64,000 nucleotides of DNA. Origin: a phage. The position numbers and the translations under genes are program-made. A model generated the notes under the pieces. The model had not been told where the DNA came from. It saw only the letters and a list, made by a program, of their open reading frames with translations, and did no database searches. The stretch is from sequence record PV946933.1; one strand, 5' to 3'. Shown here piece after piece: positions 9,001 through 18,575 of this stretch. Position 1 is the stretch's first letter. Each line of letters begins with the position of its first letter.

Positions 9001-9309
9001 ATGATTTACGATGTTGATGCAGTTCTGAGTGAAATCATTGAAGACCATGATGCATTTTCAGAAAACTATGATTTCGATTTTTCCGATTATCTTAAACCTA
9101 TCGAAATAGAAGACTGGGTGCAAGACGGCAAATGTCAATATCGGCAGTGTGTTTATTTTAGCCCAAAACATAATGTACATGTTTCCGTAAATGAATGCCG
9201 TTCAGGTTCTTACCATTCTGACTGGTATTATGCAGTTCCGACTGTTGAACTAGTCGAGCCCCGTGAACGTGTAGTAACTCAGACAATACGAGAATGGATT
9301 ACGCTATAA
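9001..9309 (+). CDS. hypothetical protein
   Basis: 102 aa from ATG at 9001; track ORF starts at an internal upstream ATG. Confidence 0.4.
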   Translation: MIYDVDAVLSEIIEDHDAFSENYDFDFSDYLKPIEIEDWVQDGKCQYRQCVYFSPKHNVHVSVNECRSGSYHSDWYYAVPTVELVEPRERVVTQTIREWITL

Positions 9310-9432
9310 AACCTTGGTGGGCGGCTAGATGGGAAACAGTAGAGCCAGAGCCGGAAGAACCGGTTTACACTGATGAAGAAACAGTATATAATGAACCTAC
9401 AATAAATGACTTAATTGATATGGAGATGGGAC

Positions 9433-9879
9433 ATGATTACAGTAGATAAGTGGTTTAGAATTAATCGTGCTGATAAAGGGCTGTGTAATTATTGGTCGGA
9501 ACTTAGTGCAGGTACTGTCTTTAAAGTTCGTGAACTTGCAAAAGAATGCGAAGATGACATAGAACCTGATACTGGAATTATTGAAATTGAACTTTCTGAC
9601 GGAAAGGTTATTAATATCTACGATAAGCCAATTACGTATTGGTGCTTGTGGAATACTGAATCAGTAGAAAATGGCGAAATTGAAGAAGTTGTAGAACGAG
9701 TTGATCAAGCTATTCATAAACCTAAAGCCGCTTTTCAAGGTGAACGCATTTCATATGCATTAGCTAAATTAGCTGCACAAGAAAATAACGATGGTTATGA
9801 AGGAAATTTGATGCAAGCTGCGGCAGAATATATTGAATGGCTTGAAACTCAAATTTCTTTTTCTGACCGAGCGTTTTAA
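9433..9879 (+). CDS. hypothetical protein (at the T4 pin position between nrdC and 49)
   Basis: 148 aa from first ATG; track ORF begins at TTG. Confidence 0.4.
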   Translation: MITVDKWFRINRADKGLCNYWSELSAGTVFKVRELAKECEDDIEPDTGIIEIELSDGKVINIYDKPITYWCLWNTESVENGEIEEVVERVDQAIHKPKAAFQGERISYALAKLAAQENNDGYEGNLMQAAAEYIEWLETQISFSDRAF

Positions 9880-10055
9880 TGAAAACTGAATTGGTTTATA
9901 CTGAAAAGTTAAATGGTGGTAAGGTTTGGAAACTTTTTATTAAAGGAAGTCCTACCGACTCTAATATGACCACTTGTGTAGGAACTTGTTCTCGTCCTAC
10001 TAAAAAGATGATTCGGCAATATAAGCGATTGCATCGAATGTTTTACAATACTTGA
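9879..10055 (+). CDS. hypothetical small protein
   Basis: 58-aa ORF (MKTELVYTEK...), ATG overlaps upstream stop; below track size cut-off. Confidence 0.3.
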   Translation: MKTELVYTEKLNGGKVWKLFIKGSPTDSNMTTCVGTCSRPTKKMIRQYKRLHRMFYNT

Positions 10056-10096
10056 AAATAATAAATACCCTTATCTATTTAAGGTAAGGGTTTATT
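10056..10096 (+). promoter_or_regulatory. gene 49 late-promoter-like box plus SD-sequestering hairpin
   Basis: ATAAATA at 10061-10067; inverted repeat ACCCTTA/TAAGGGT (10067-10091) covers the SD before ATG 10097. Confidence 0.45.
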
Positions 10097-10570
10097 ATGT
10101 TATTGACTGGCAAATTATACAAAGAAGAAAAACAAAAATTTTATAATGCACAAAACGGTAAATGCTTAATTTGCCAACGAGAACTAAATCCTGATGTTCA
10201 AGCTAATCACCTTGACCATGACCATGAATTAAATGGACCGAAAGCTGGAAAGGTACGTGGGTTGCTTTGTAATCTCTGCAATGCTGCAGAAGGTCAAATG
10301 AAACATAAATTTAATCGTTCTGGTTTAAAGGGACAAGGTGTTGATTATCTTGAATGGTTAGAAAATTTACTTACTTATTTAAAATCCGATTACACCCAAA
10401 ATAATATTCACCCTAACTTTGTTGGAGATAAATCAAAGGAATTTTCTCGTTTGGGAAAAGAGGAAATGATGGCTGAGATGCTTCAAAGAGGATTTGAATA
10501 TAATGAATCTGACACCAAAACACAATTAATAGCTTCATTTAAGAAGCAGCTTAGAAAGAGTTTAAAATGA
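10097..10570 (+). CDS. 49: endonuclease VII (Holliday junction resolvase)
   Basis: 157 aa; sequence recognised as T4 gp49. Confidence 0.92.
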   Translation: MLLTGKLYKEEKQKFYNAQNGKCLICQRELNPDVQANHLDHDHELNGPKAGKVRGLLCNLCNAAEGQMKHKFNRSGLKGQGVDYLEWLENLLTYLKSDYTQNNIHPNFVGDKSKEFSRLGKEEMMAEMLQRGFEYNESDTKTQLIASFKKQLRKSLK

Positions 10571-12384
10571 CAATTGAAAAAGAAATTGAAGGATTGATTC
10601 ATAAAACTAATAAAGACCTTTTAAACGAGAATGCTAATAAAGATTCTCGTGTTTTTCCAACTCAACGGGACCTTATGGCTGGTATTGTGTCTAAACACAT
10701 TGCCAAAAATATGGTCCCGTCTTTTATTATGAAAGCGCATGAAAGCGGAATTATCCATTTCCACGATATTGATTATTCCCCTGCTCTTCCATTTACTAAT
10801 TGTTGTTTAGTAGATTTAAAAGGAATGCTTGAGAACGGATTTAAGCTCGGTAATGCACAGATTGAAACTCCTAAATCAATCGGCGTTGCTACTGCAATTA
10901 TGGCACAAATTACTGCGCAGGTTGCTTCTCATCAATATGGTGGAACGACTTTTGCGAATGTAGATAAAGTACTTTCTCCTTATGTTAAACGCACCTATGC
11001 AAAACATATTGAGGATGCAGAAAAATGGCAAATCGCTGATGCGTTGAATTATGCCCAATCTAAAACAGAAAAAGACGTATACGATGCATTCCAAGCTTAT
11101 GAATATGAAGTAAATACTCTCTTTAGTTCAAACGGACAAACGCCTTTTGTAACAATTACATTTGGTACGGGAACTGACTGGACTGAACGGATGATTCAGA
11201 AAGCAATTCTGAAAAATCGTATTAAAGGTCTCGGTCGTGATGGGATAACTCCTATTTTCCCTAAACTTGTTATGTTCGTTGAAGAAGGTGTTAATCTTTA
11301 TAAAGACGATCCGAACTATGATATTAAGCAGCTTGCTCTAGAGTGTGCAAGCAAAAGAATGTATCCTGACATCATTTCGGCTAAGAACAATAAAGCTATC
11401 ACAGGTTCATCTATTCCTGTTTCTCCAATGGGTTGCCGTAGTTTCTTGAGCGTATGGAAAGATTCGACTGGTAATGAAATTCTTGATGGACGTAATAATC
11501 TTGGCGTTGTAACACTGAATCTTCCTCGCATTGCGTTAGATTCTTATATTGGAACACAATTCAATGAACAGAAATTTGCCGAATTGTTCAATGAACGAAT
11601 GGATTTATGTTTTGAAGCATTGATGTGTAGAATAAGTTCCTTAAAAGGAGTTAAAGCGACTGTTGCTCCTATTCTTTATCAAGAAGGTGCATTCGGGGTT
11701 CGTCTTAAACCTGATGACGATATAATTGAGTTATTTAAAAACGGTAGAAGTTCAGTGTCCCTAGGATACATTGGTATTCACGAATTGAATATTCTTGTCG
11801 GTCGTGATATTGGACAAGAAATTTTAACTAAAATGAATGCTCGTCTTAAGCAGTGGACTGAAAGAACCGGATTTGCTTTTAGTTTGTATTCTACTCCTGC
11901 TGAAAACCTGTGCTATCGCTTCTGTAAACTTGATACCGAAAAATATGGAAGTGTAAAGGATGTTACTGATAAAGGCTGGTACACTAACAGTTTCCACGTT
12001 TCAGTAGAAGAAAATATTACTCCGTTTGAAAAGATTTCTCGCGAAGCCCCGTATCATTTCATTGCAACAGGTGGTCACATTTCTTATGTTGAACTTCCTG
12101 ATATGAAAAATAACCTAAAAGGTCTTGAGGCTGTATGGGATTATGCTGCACAACATTTAGATTATTTTGGTGTTAATATGCCAGTAGATAAATGTTTTAC
12201 ATGCGGAAGTACCCATGAAATGACTCCTACTGAAAACGGATTTGTTTGTTCTATTTGTGGAGAAACTGATCCTAAAAAGATGAACACCATAAGAAGAACT
12301 TGCGGTTATTTGGGAAATCCGAACGAGCGCGGATTTAATCTTGGCAAAAATAAAGAAATCATGCATAGGGTTAAACACCAATGA
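10567..12384 (+). CDS. nrdD: anaerobic ribonucleoside-triphosphate reductase
   Basis: 605 aa uninterrupted; C-terminal glycyl-radical motif RRTCGYLG; recognised as T4 NrdD. Confidence 0.95.
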   Translation: MTIEKEIEGLIHKTNKDLLNENANKDSRVFPTQRDLMAGIVSKHIAKNMVPSFIMKAHESGIIHFHDIDYSPALPFTNCCLVDLKGMLENGFKLGNAQIETPKSIGVATAIMAQITAQVASHQYGGTTFANVDKVLSPYVKRTYAKHIEDAEKWQIADALNYAQSKTEKDVYDAFQAYEYEVNTLFSSNGQTPFVTITFGTGTDWTERMIQKAILKNRIKGLGRDGITPIFPKLVMFVEEGVNLYKDDPNYDIKQLALECASKRMYPDIISAKNNKAITGSSIPVSPMGCRSFLSVWKDSTGNEILDGRNNLGVVTLNLPRIALDSYIGTQFNEQKFAELFNERMDLCFEALMCRISSLKGVKATVAPILYQEGAFGVRLKPDDDIIELFKNGRSSVSLGYIGIHELNILVGRDIGQEILTKMNARLKQWTERTGFAFSLYSTPAENLCYRFCKLDTEKYGSVKDVTDKGWYTNSFHVSVEENITPFEKISREAPYHFIATGGHISYVELPDMKNNLKGLEAVWDYAAQHLDYFGVNMPVDKCFTCGSTHEMTPTENGFVCSICGETDPKKMNTIRRTCGYLGNPNERGFNLGKNKEIMHRVKHQ

Positions 12385-12851
12385 ATTACGATAGATTTTA
12401 TCCCTGCGATTTTGTAAATGGCCCTGGATGCAGGGTCGTTCTTTTCGTTACGGGGTGTTTGCATAAATGTGAAGGGTGTTATAATAAATCAACATGGAAT
12501 GCTAGAAATGGCGTTCCATTCACTGGTGAAACACTAGAACAATTAATTGAATGTTTGAATAATGATTATATAGAAGGATTAACTATAACTGGAGGAGACC
12601 CTCTTTATCCTGATAACCGAGATGCTGTTCATTGCATTGTTCAAACGGTAAAAAATCTTTATCCAAATAAAAGCATTTGGTTGTGGACAGGGTACAAGTT
12701 TGAAGATATTAAACAACTAGAAATGCTTAAATATGTTGATGTTATTATTGATGGGAAGTATGAGAAAAATCTTCCGACCAAAAAGCTGTGGCGAGGTTCA
12801 GATAATCAGCGACTTTGGTCAAATACCGATGGGGTGTGGAAACATGATTAA
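12381..12851 (+). CDS. nrdG: anaerobic RNR activating enzyme (radical SAM)
   Basis: 156 aa; Cys cluster CLHKCEGCYN; coupled to nrdD. Confidence 0.9.
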   Translation: MNYDRFYPCDFVNGPGCRVVLFVTGCLHKCEGCYNKSTWNARNGVPFTGETLEQLIECLNNDYIEGLTITGGDPLYPDNRDAVHCIVQTVKNLYPNKSIWLWTGYKFEDIKQLEMLKYVDVIIDGKYEKNLPTKKLWRGSDNQRLWSNTDGVWKHD

Positions 12852-12965
12852 ACTGAATTATATTATTGATACTATAAATGATATGATTTTTCATTTTGGT
12901 CCAGAATTTTATTCGCAGTATAGTTTAGTACTTATCAATGCTTGGTTAATCAATTAAGGGTAAAT

Positions 12966-13181
12966 ATGTATAAATTTCGTAAAGGTTTAGCTGATTTTCT
13001 TACAACTGTAACGTTCTTTTTGTTTATGGCAGTTGGAGCTATTTTCCTTATTCCTTTTATTGCTATATTTTTCGTGATTAGCTTAATTTCTCCAGAAAAA
13101 GGCTTATCTTCTAGTGAGTTCAATGAGCGTCTGGATAAAATTACTAACAAACTGAATGCTGTTCTTGATAAAAAGGCTTAA
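12966..13181 (+). CDS. small membrane protein
   Basis: 71 aa from ATG after AAGGG; long hydrophobic stretch. Confidence 0.45.
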   Translation: MYKFRKGLADFLTTVTFFLFMAVGAIFLIPFIAIFFVISLISPEKGLSSSEFNERLDKITNKLNAVLDKKA

Positions 13182-13183
13182 TT

Positions 13184-13495
13184 GTGATTAGTTTTGAGCG
13201 GTATGTGGTAGAGAGTTGGAAGGGTTTTGATATGTTCGGTAATGACTATTATTTCTATGAATGTAGTCTAAATCCTAGTTTTTGGGCTGGACGAGAACGA
13301 GAACTTGAAGAAATTAATAACCGTGCTGAATTGTTAGGTGAATTACCTACGGTTTATTTTACCTTTGATGCATCTGGATTTGTTATCCAGGTTTATTTTC
13401 CTGAAGAAAATTCTGGCGATGATTCTGTTAACCCGCCATACTGGGCTTATCAAGGAATTATTTCTCGTGGAACAAAACTCGAACTTAAAGAATAA
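13184..13495 (+). CDS. hypothetical protein
   Basis: 103-aa ORF with GTG start just after upstream stop. Confidence 0.4.
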   Translation: MISFERYVVESWKGFDMFGNDYYFYECSLNPSFWAGRERELEEINNRAELLGELPTVYFTFDASGFVIQVYFPEENSGDDSVNPPYWAYQGIISRGTKLELKE

Positions 13496-13790
13496 GATTG
13501 AAGTCTATGGAATTCCAGATGAAGTAGGTCGTTGTCCTGGATGTCAATCAGTTACAAAACTTCTAAAGGAGCTCAATGCTCCTTTTACTTTCTATAAAGT
13601 TCTTACAAATAATGGTAAGATTGAGTATGATCGCCCACTGATTGTATCTCTTGCTAAACGTGCTGGATTCACATCTCTTAACATTCGTTATCCAGTCATT
13701 TTCATCAATGATTCTAGACAAAAGAACATTAAACACTTCAAAGAAACTCTCATTTCACTTGGATATGATAGAGATATCATAGAAGACTAA
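13467..13790 (+). CDS. thioredoxin-fold protein (CPGC motif)
   Basis: IEVYGIPDEVGRCPGCQS; no in-frame ATG near the domain, candidate GTG start at 13467 with AAGGA 10 nt upstream; overlaps end of upstream ORF. Confidence 0.5.
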   Translation: MEQNSNLKNKIEVYGIPDEVGRCPGCQSVTKLLKELNAPFTFYKVLTNNGKIEYDRPLIVSLAKRAGFTSLNIRYPVIFINDSRQKNIKHFKETLISLGYDRDIIED

Positions 13791-13793
13791 GAC

Positions 13794-13815
13794 GGGCCCT
13801 CTGGGCCTTTCTTTC
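13794..13815 (+). terminator. terminator-like hairpin
   Basis: GGGCCC-TCT-GGGCC followed by T-rich tract. Confidence 0.5.
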
Positions 13816-13888
13816 TCATATTCTGTATATTACCATTCTAAGCTATCGTTCCCTTCTTATCATTCCCTAAAATAATTTTCACAAAGTT

Positions 13889-13918
13889 GTTTACAAGAAG
13901 TTTAAACTGTGGTATTAT
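13889..13918 (+). promoter_or_regulatory. early promoter
   Basis: GTTTAC-N18-TGTGGTATTAT with AT-rich upstream. Confidence 0.55.
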
Positions 13919-13948
13919 TAACATATAAATTGCCTTTGAGGATTTAAT

Positions 13949-14131
13949 ATGGTTGTGGTTGATAAAGAAATTAAAAAGGGACAATATTATTTTATTAATG
14001 GTAATGTTGTTCGTGTTACTTATGTAAACGGTTTTGAAGTTTATTATCTTATACTCAAGTTACATAAACAGATGATTTGTGACCGTGCTGTATTTAGTTC
14101 AGTTGCTAAGGAAATTAAACTCCATGGGTAA
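13949..14131 (+). CDS. hypothetical protein
   Basis: 60-aa ORF downstream of early promoter. Confidence 0.35.
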   Translation: MVVVDKEIKKGQYYFINGNVVRVTYVNGFEVYYLILKLHKQMICDRAVFSSVAKEIKLHG

Positions 14132-14417
14132 AACGTATCGTCGTAAAGATTTAAAAGTGCGTGATTATGACTATTTCGGAAAGCGTAAAGCTCCTGATGG
14201 TGTAAGTCATAAAGATATGGTTGAAAACATTTTTCGCTCAGATAAATGGCGTAGAATGAAAGGCATTGATTCAGAAGTTAAAGATGAGTTAAATCGTCAA
14301 TTACGTGGTGAAGTAAGAAAGTTGAAAAAATCAGTTTACATTGACGATGATTTTGATTACAATACTTCTCAACGAGTTGCTAAGCGTAAATCAAACGAGT
14401 GCTATCGTTACAGCTGA
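14124..14417 (+). CDS. hypothetical basic protein
   Basis: 97 aa from ATG 14124. Confidence 0.4.
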   Translation: MGKTYRRKDLKVRDYDYFGKRKAPDGVSHKDMVENIFRSDKWRRMKGIDSEVKDELNRQLRGEVRKLKKSVYIDDDFDYNTSQRVAKRKSNECYRYS

Positions 14418-14424
14418 GGAAAAT

Positions 14425-14556
14425 ATGAATATCAAACGCATGCTTTTTAAACAAGGATTATACACTTTAAATGTTGCTCCAAAAGGCGATACGACCAAGT
14501 GGTTAGTAAATGACTGGATTAAATTCATTGATGAAAACGGTAACTGGAAAATTTAA
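14425..14556 (+). CDS. hypothetical small protein
   Basis: 43 aa; GAGGA 4 nt upstream of ATG. Confidence 0.35.
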   Translation: MNIKRMLFKQGLYTLNVAPKGDTTKWLVNDWIKFIDENGNWKI

Positions 14557-14757
14557 ATGAATCCTGAATCTAAATTATCGCAACGAATTGCCGAAGCTCG
14601 TCGTCAGTTCTTTGAAAATATGATAGCCCAAGGTATTGATGACGAAGTTTTTCTGAACTGGTTTTGGAATCACAAATATTCAAGCTGTTCAGGGGCAATA
14701 TTAATATCAGCCGCAATGATGTATGAAGGCTGGAAAGGTGCCAAACAGTTTAGCTAA
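14557..14757 (+). CDS. hypothetical protein
   Basis: 66 aa, followed by terminator hairpin. Confidence 0.45.
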   Translation: MNPESKLSQRIAEARRQFFENMIAQGIDDEVFLNWFWNHKYSSCSGAILISAAMMYEGWKGAKQFS

Positions 14758-14775
14758 GGGCTTCGGCCCTTTTTG
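14758..14775 (+). terminator. rho-independent terminator
   Basis: GGGC-TTCG-GCCC then TTTTT. Confidence 0.6.
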
Positions 14776-14809
14776 GATAATAAAATTTTAACGCAATTGA
14801 GGATAATGT

Positions 14810-15136
14810 ATGACTATTCAAATTAAAAACGCCATCAATTCTTATGCATATGATAAAGTAGTTTCTCTGCTAGAAAAAGGCGATATTGTAACTCCTCAAA
14901 TTTTGGATAAATGGGAAAAAGAGCTTCATCAGACGATGAAACAGAATGATCAGAAGATTGGACGAAATACTGTCCGTGAATTGATGGTTCAATATATCTT
15001 GTCAGAATTTGATGTTAAAGCTTTTGGTGTAGAATCTAAAGCTTATCAAAAGCATGAAATTTCTGATAAAACTATTCGTCGTATGAAAAATCAACGCAAG
15101 AAAAAATTTGCTGACCTGAAAATTACTAAGGTATAA
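14810..15136 (+). CDS. hypothetical protein
   Basis: 108-aa ORF. Confidence 0.45.
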   Translation: MTIQIKNAINSYAYDKVVSLLEKGDIVTPQILDKWEKELHQTMKQNDQKIGRNTVRELMVQYILSEFDVKAFGVESKAYQKHEISDKTIRRMKNQRKKKFADLKITKV

Positions 15137-15138
15137 TT

Positions 15139-15354
15139 ATGAACGAAGCTCTTATTAACGATTTACGTCTTGCCGGATATGAAGTAAATACAAACGGCAT
15201 TGGTTTAACTCAAATTGAAGGAAACGGATTCATCCTTGAGTATGAATTTAGCCAATGGTGGTTATATGCCAATTACGGTAAACTGATTGAATATGTTGAC
15301 CAATTTGATTCACTAGATGCAGCTCTTGAAGCGGCTAAGTTGATGAATGTATGA
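15139..15354 (+). CDS. hypothetical protein
   Basis: 71-aa ORF. Confidence 0.45.
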   Translation: MNEALINDLRLAGYEVNTNGIGLTQIEGNGFILEYEFSQWWLYANYGKLIEYVDQFDSLDAALEAAKLMNV

Positions 15355-15620
15355 AATTTATTAATATTTCTATTACTATTGAAAATTATGGAATTTTCTA
15401 TGTTGACCAATATATGAAAATTTCATTTTTCCCAAATAAGACTGGTGTTGGATATTGGGAAAGCCATGTTTCTGAATTAAATGAAAGCGAATATGTTAGC
15501 ACACATGAAAAGTTTTTAGACTTTTTATATCATGCTGATTTAACTAGTCATTACATAGATATTCATGAATTTAAAAAGATGATGGAGAAAGTGTTCCAAG
15601 CATACTGTTTACTTAGATAA
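15351..15620 (+). CDS. hypothetical protein
   Basis: 89-aa ORF. Confidence 0.4.
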   Translation: MKFINISITIENYGIFYVDQYMKISFFPNKTGVGYWESHVSELNESEYVSTHEKFLDFLYHADLTSHYIDIHEFKKMMEKVFQAYCLLR

Positions 15621-15633
15621 CTGATATCCTCTA

Positions 15634-15669
15634 TGCTTTAAGATAGATCTTCAAATATTATGATATAAT
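15634..15669 (+). promoter_or_regulatory. candidate MotA-dependent middle promoter upstream of gene 55
   Basis: MotA-box-like TGCTTTA followed ~15 nt later by TATTAT/TATAAT. Confidence 0.35.
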
Positions 15670-15698
15670 AGATCTATGAATTGAGCTAAGAGGTGAAA

Positions 15699-16256
15699 AT
15701 GTCAGAAACTAAGCCTAAATATAATTACGTAAACAATAAAGAGCTTTTACAAGCTATTATTGATTGGAAAACAGAATTAGCAAATAATAAAGACCCAAAT
15801 AAAGTAGTTCGTCAGAATGATACTATCGGATTAGCCATTATGCTTATTGCAGAAGGCTTATCTAAACGTTTCAACTTTTCAGGATACACCCAGTCTTGGA
15901 AACAAGAAATGATTGCAGATGGTATAGAAGCTTCTATTAAGGGGCTTCATAATTTTGACGAAACGAAATATAAAAACCCACATGCATATATAACTCAAGC
16001 TTGTTTTAATGCATTCGTCCAACGTATTAAAAAAGAGCGTAAGGAAGTTGCAAAGAAATATAGTTACTTCGTTCACAATGTCTATGACAGTCGTGACGAC
16101 GATATGGTTGCGTTAGTAGATGAAACTTTTATTCAAGACATCTACGATAAAATGACGCATTACGAAGAATCAACCTATAGAACACCGGGGGCTGAAAAGA
16201 AAAGTGTTGTAGACGATTCTCCTAGTTTGGATTTTTTATATGAGGCTAACGATTAA
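15699..16256 (+). CDS. 55: late-transcription sigma factor gp55
   Basis: 185 aa from [13 protein letters not shown]...; recognised as T4 gp55; AAGAGG upstream. Confidence 0.92.
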
Positions 16257-16458
16257 CCTCTCCGGATTCTTGGAAGAAATACCTGAAGTTGAAGCTATTC
16301 CCTATTTACTTAAAATGTATCTCAGGGAAGTTTTAGCTCTTGACATTGATATTGATCCAGAAAATCCGTATGATACCGCTTTTAAATCTAATGGTGTAGA
16401 ATTAAACTATCGGTATCATTTAACAGATGATGATTTTTATTTTATATTAGAGAAATAA
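16240..16458 (+). CDS. hypothetical protein
   Basis: 72-aa ORF overlapping 3' end of gene 55. Confidence 0.4.
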
Positions 16459-16459
16459 T

Positions 16460-16777
16460 ATGACTGATAAACCCGAAATTAATGATGAAGTGGAAAAGCT
16501 TATTTCTTCTATTGAAGAAAAGAACCGTCTTGAAGCAGAAAGAAAAGCAAATAAGTTATTGTCTAAAAATAAACGCGAACTGAACCGTCTTTATAAGCAC
16601 GCTCAGATTGCAGCTGAAAACAATAATTTTGCTCAATACGAATATGCTATCAAGAAAAGTCGGGATATTCTAAAACAGCCATATAACGATGAACTCATTA
16701 GTATTCTTTGGAAGACTACTAGATCGCAGATTGAGGATATGATTGATGCTTACACACGTAAAATTCAAGCGTCTTAA
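16460..16777 (+). CDS. hypothetical protein
   Basis: 105-aa ORF. Confidence 0.45.
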   Translation: MTDKPEINDEVEKLISSIEEKNRLEAERKANKLLSKNKRELNRLYKHAQIAAENNNFAQYEYAIKKSRDILKQPYNDELISILWKTTRSQIEDMIDAYTRKIQAS

Positions 16778-16949
16778 AATTAATGCAGGATTTACTGAAT
16801 CTTTGAACGGTCATCTTTGTGTGAAAATTTCTGAAAAAGAATACCATGATAGTTCAATTAAAGAAGTTAATCCTCCTATTGTAAGAGCAGACCCTAATAT
16901 GAAAGTGTGGGTTGATTCTTATCAAGTCAAAAAATGGTGGCAATTGTGA
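16746..16949 (+). CDS. hypothetical protein
   Basis: 67 aa from ATG; overlaps upstream ORF. Confidence 0.3.
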   Translation: MLTHVKFKRLKINAGFTESLNGHLCVKISEKEYHDSSIKEVNPPIVRADPNMKVWVDSYQVKKWWQL

Positions 16950-16952
16950 AAG

Positions 16953-17126
16953 ATGAACACCCAGACTTCCGAAATAGATTATAATAAAATTCGTTCCTCT
17001 AAAGTAGAAATGATGAGACGCTTTAAAGAGGCTCACGATAAAGCTAAAGCAGAAGGAACTATAACATATAAGCGCATAAAATTTAGAAGCTCTAACGAGC
17101 CTTTGTATGGCGTATTATGCGGATAG
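16953..17126 (+). CDS. hypothetical small protein
   Basis: 57-aa ORF ending in hairpin before alpha-gt; below track cut-off. Confidence 0.35.
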   Translation: MNTQTSEIDYNKIRSSKVEMMRRFKEAHDKAKAEGTITYKRIKFRSSNEPLYGVLCG

Positions 17127-17145
17127 GAGCTTCGGCTCCTATATT
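17125..17145 (+). terminator. UUCG-loop hairpin (weak terminator or RNA stability element)
   Basis: GGAGC-TTCG-GCTCC; poor T-tract. Confidence 0.35.
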
Positions 17146-17192
17146 GCTTTATAAATTTTTGGTAAAATAAACCAAAACAATGAGGATATTAA

Positions 17193-18395
17193 ATGAAAGT
17201 ATGTATTTTTATGGCTCGAGGTCTTGAAGGTTGCGGTGTAACTAAATTTTCTCTTGAGCAGCGTGATTGGTTTATTAAAAATGGTCATGAAGTAACTTTG
17301 GTTTATGCTAAAGATAAATCATTTACTCGTAATTGCGCGCATGATTATAAATCATTTTCAATTCCGGTTTTATTGGCAAAAGAATACGATAAAACGCTTA
17401 AGCTGGTAAATGATTGTGATATTCTAGTTATCAATTCAGTTCCTGCTACTTCAGTCGAAGAAGACACAATTAATAACTATAAAAAAATTATTGATAACAT
17501 TAAACCTTCGGTTCGTGTTGTAGTTTATCAGCATGACCATTCTTCTCTTTCTTTGCGTCGAAATTTGGGATTAGAAGAAACTGTTCGTCGAGCTGATGTT
17601 ATTTTTAGCCATTCTGATAATGGTGACTTTAATAAAGTTTTGATGAAAGAATGGTATCCGGAAACTGTTTCTCTGTTTGATGATATTGAAGAAGCACCGA
17701 CCGTATATAACTTTCAGCCTCCTATGGATATTGCGAAGGTTCGATCAACCTACTGGAAAGATGTTTCTGAAATTAACATGAATATCAACCGTTGGATTGG
17801 TCGTACTACTACATGGAAAGGCTTTTATCAGATGTTTGATTTTCATGAAAAACATCTTAAACCTGCAGGACTAAGTACTATTATGGAAGGTCTGGAACGT
17901 TCTCCAGCGTTCATTCCTATTAAAGAAAAAGGAATTCCATACGAGTATTATCGTCTTCATCAAGTAGACCAAATTAAAATTGCTCCTAATTTGCCGACGC
18001 AAATTCTTGACCGTTATGTAAATAGCGAAATGCTTGAACGCATGAGTAAATCCGGATTTGGTTATCAGCTGAGTAAGTTGGACAAAAAATATCTACAGCG
18101 TTCTTTAGAATACACTCATCTCGAGCTTGGTGCATGTGGAACAATTCCAGTATTTTGGAAATCTACTGGCGAAAATTTAAAATTCCGTGTTGATAATACT
18201 CCATTAATTTCACACGATAGCGGTATCGTTTGGTTTGATGAAAATGACATGGAATCAACATTTGAACGTATTAAAGAACTGTCATCTGACCGAGCTCTTT
18301 ATGATCGCGAACGCGAAAAAGCTTATGAATTTTTGTATCAGCATCAAGATTCAAGCTTCTGCTTTAAAGAACAGTTTGACATTATTACAAAATAA
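17193..18395 (+). CDS. agt: DNA alpha-glucosyltransferase
   Basis: 400 aa; recognised as T4 alpha-gt; GAGGA upstream. Confidence 0.9.
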   Translation: MKVCIFMARGLEGCGVTKFSLEQRDWFIKNGHEVTLVYAKDKSFTRNCAHDYKSFSIPVLLAKEYDKTLKLVNDCDILVINSVPATSVEEDTINNYKKIIDNIKPSVRVVVYQHDHSSLSLRRNLGLEETVRRADVIFSHSDNGDFNKVLMKEWYPETVSLFDDIEEAPTVYNFQPPMDIAKVRSTYWKDVSEINMNINRWIGRTTTWKGFYQMFDFHEKHLKPAGLSTIMEGLERSPAFIPIKEKGIPYEYYRLHQVDQIKIAPNLPTQILDRYVNSEMLERMSKSGFGYQLSKLDKKYLQRSLEYTHLELGACGTIPVFWKSTGENLKFRVDNTPLISHDSGIVWFDENDMESTFERIKELSSDRALYDREREKAYEFLYQHQDSSFCFKEQFDIITK

Positions 18396-18412
18396 AGGGC
18401 TTCGGCCCTTTA
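18396..18412 (+). terminator. terminator-like hairpin after alpha-gt
   Basis: GGGC-TTCG-GCCC then TTT. Confidence 0.5.
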
Positions 18413-18434
18413 GCTTTATACGGAGTTTGATATA

Positions 18435-18575
18435 ATGATATTTCTTGGATATGTGATACTTTTTCTAGCGTTTTATCTATTCACTAGAGCATGTTGGATT
18501 GGGTTCTTTAGCACTCCAGATGGATTTATTTCAATAATTTTATTTTGCATTTCAATGACGGTTCTTGATATATGA
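18435..18575 (+). CDS. small hydrophobic peptide
   Basis: 46-aa ORF, stop overlaps gene 47 start. Confidence 0.35.
   Translation: MIFLGYVILFLAFYLFTRACWIGFFSTPDGFISIILFCISMTVLDI

Noticed and set aside
10567-12384. Searched nrdD for a group I intron and intron-encoded endonuclease as in T4
   Set aside because: The reductase ORF is continuous over 605 codons with the glycyl-radical motif at the C-terminus; there is no interruption.
12733-12957. 74-aa ORF overlapping the 3' end of nrdG in another frame
   Set aside because: Mostly internal to nrdG. Only its last ~37 codons (from ATG 12844) lie outside, which could be a tiny coupled ORF but has no supporting signal.
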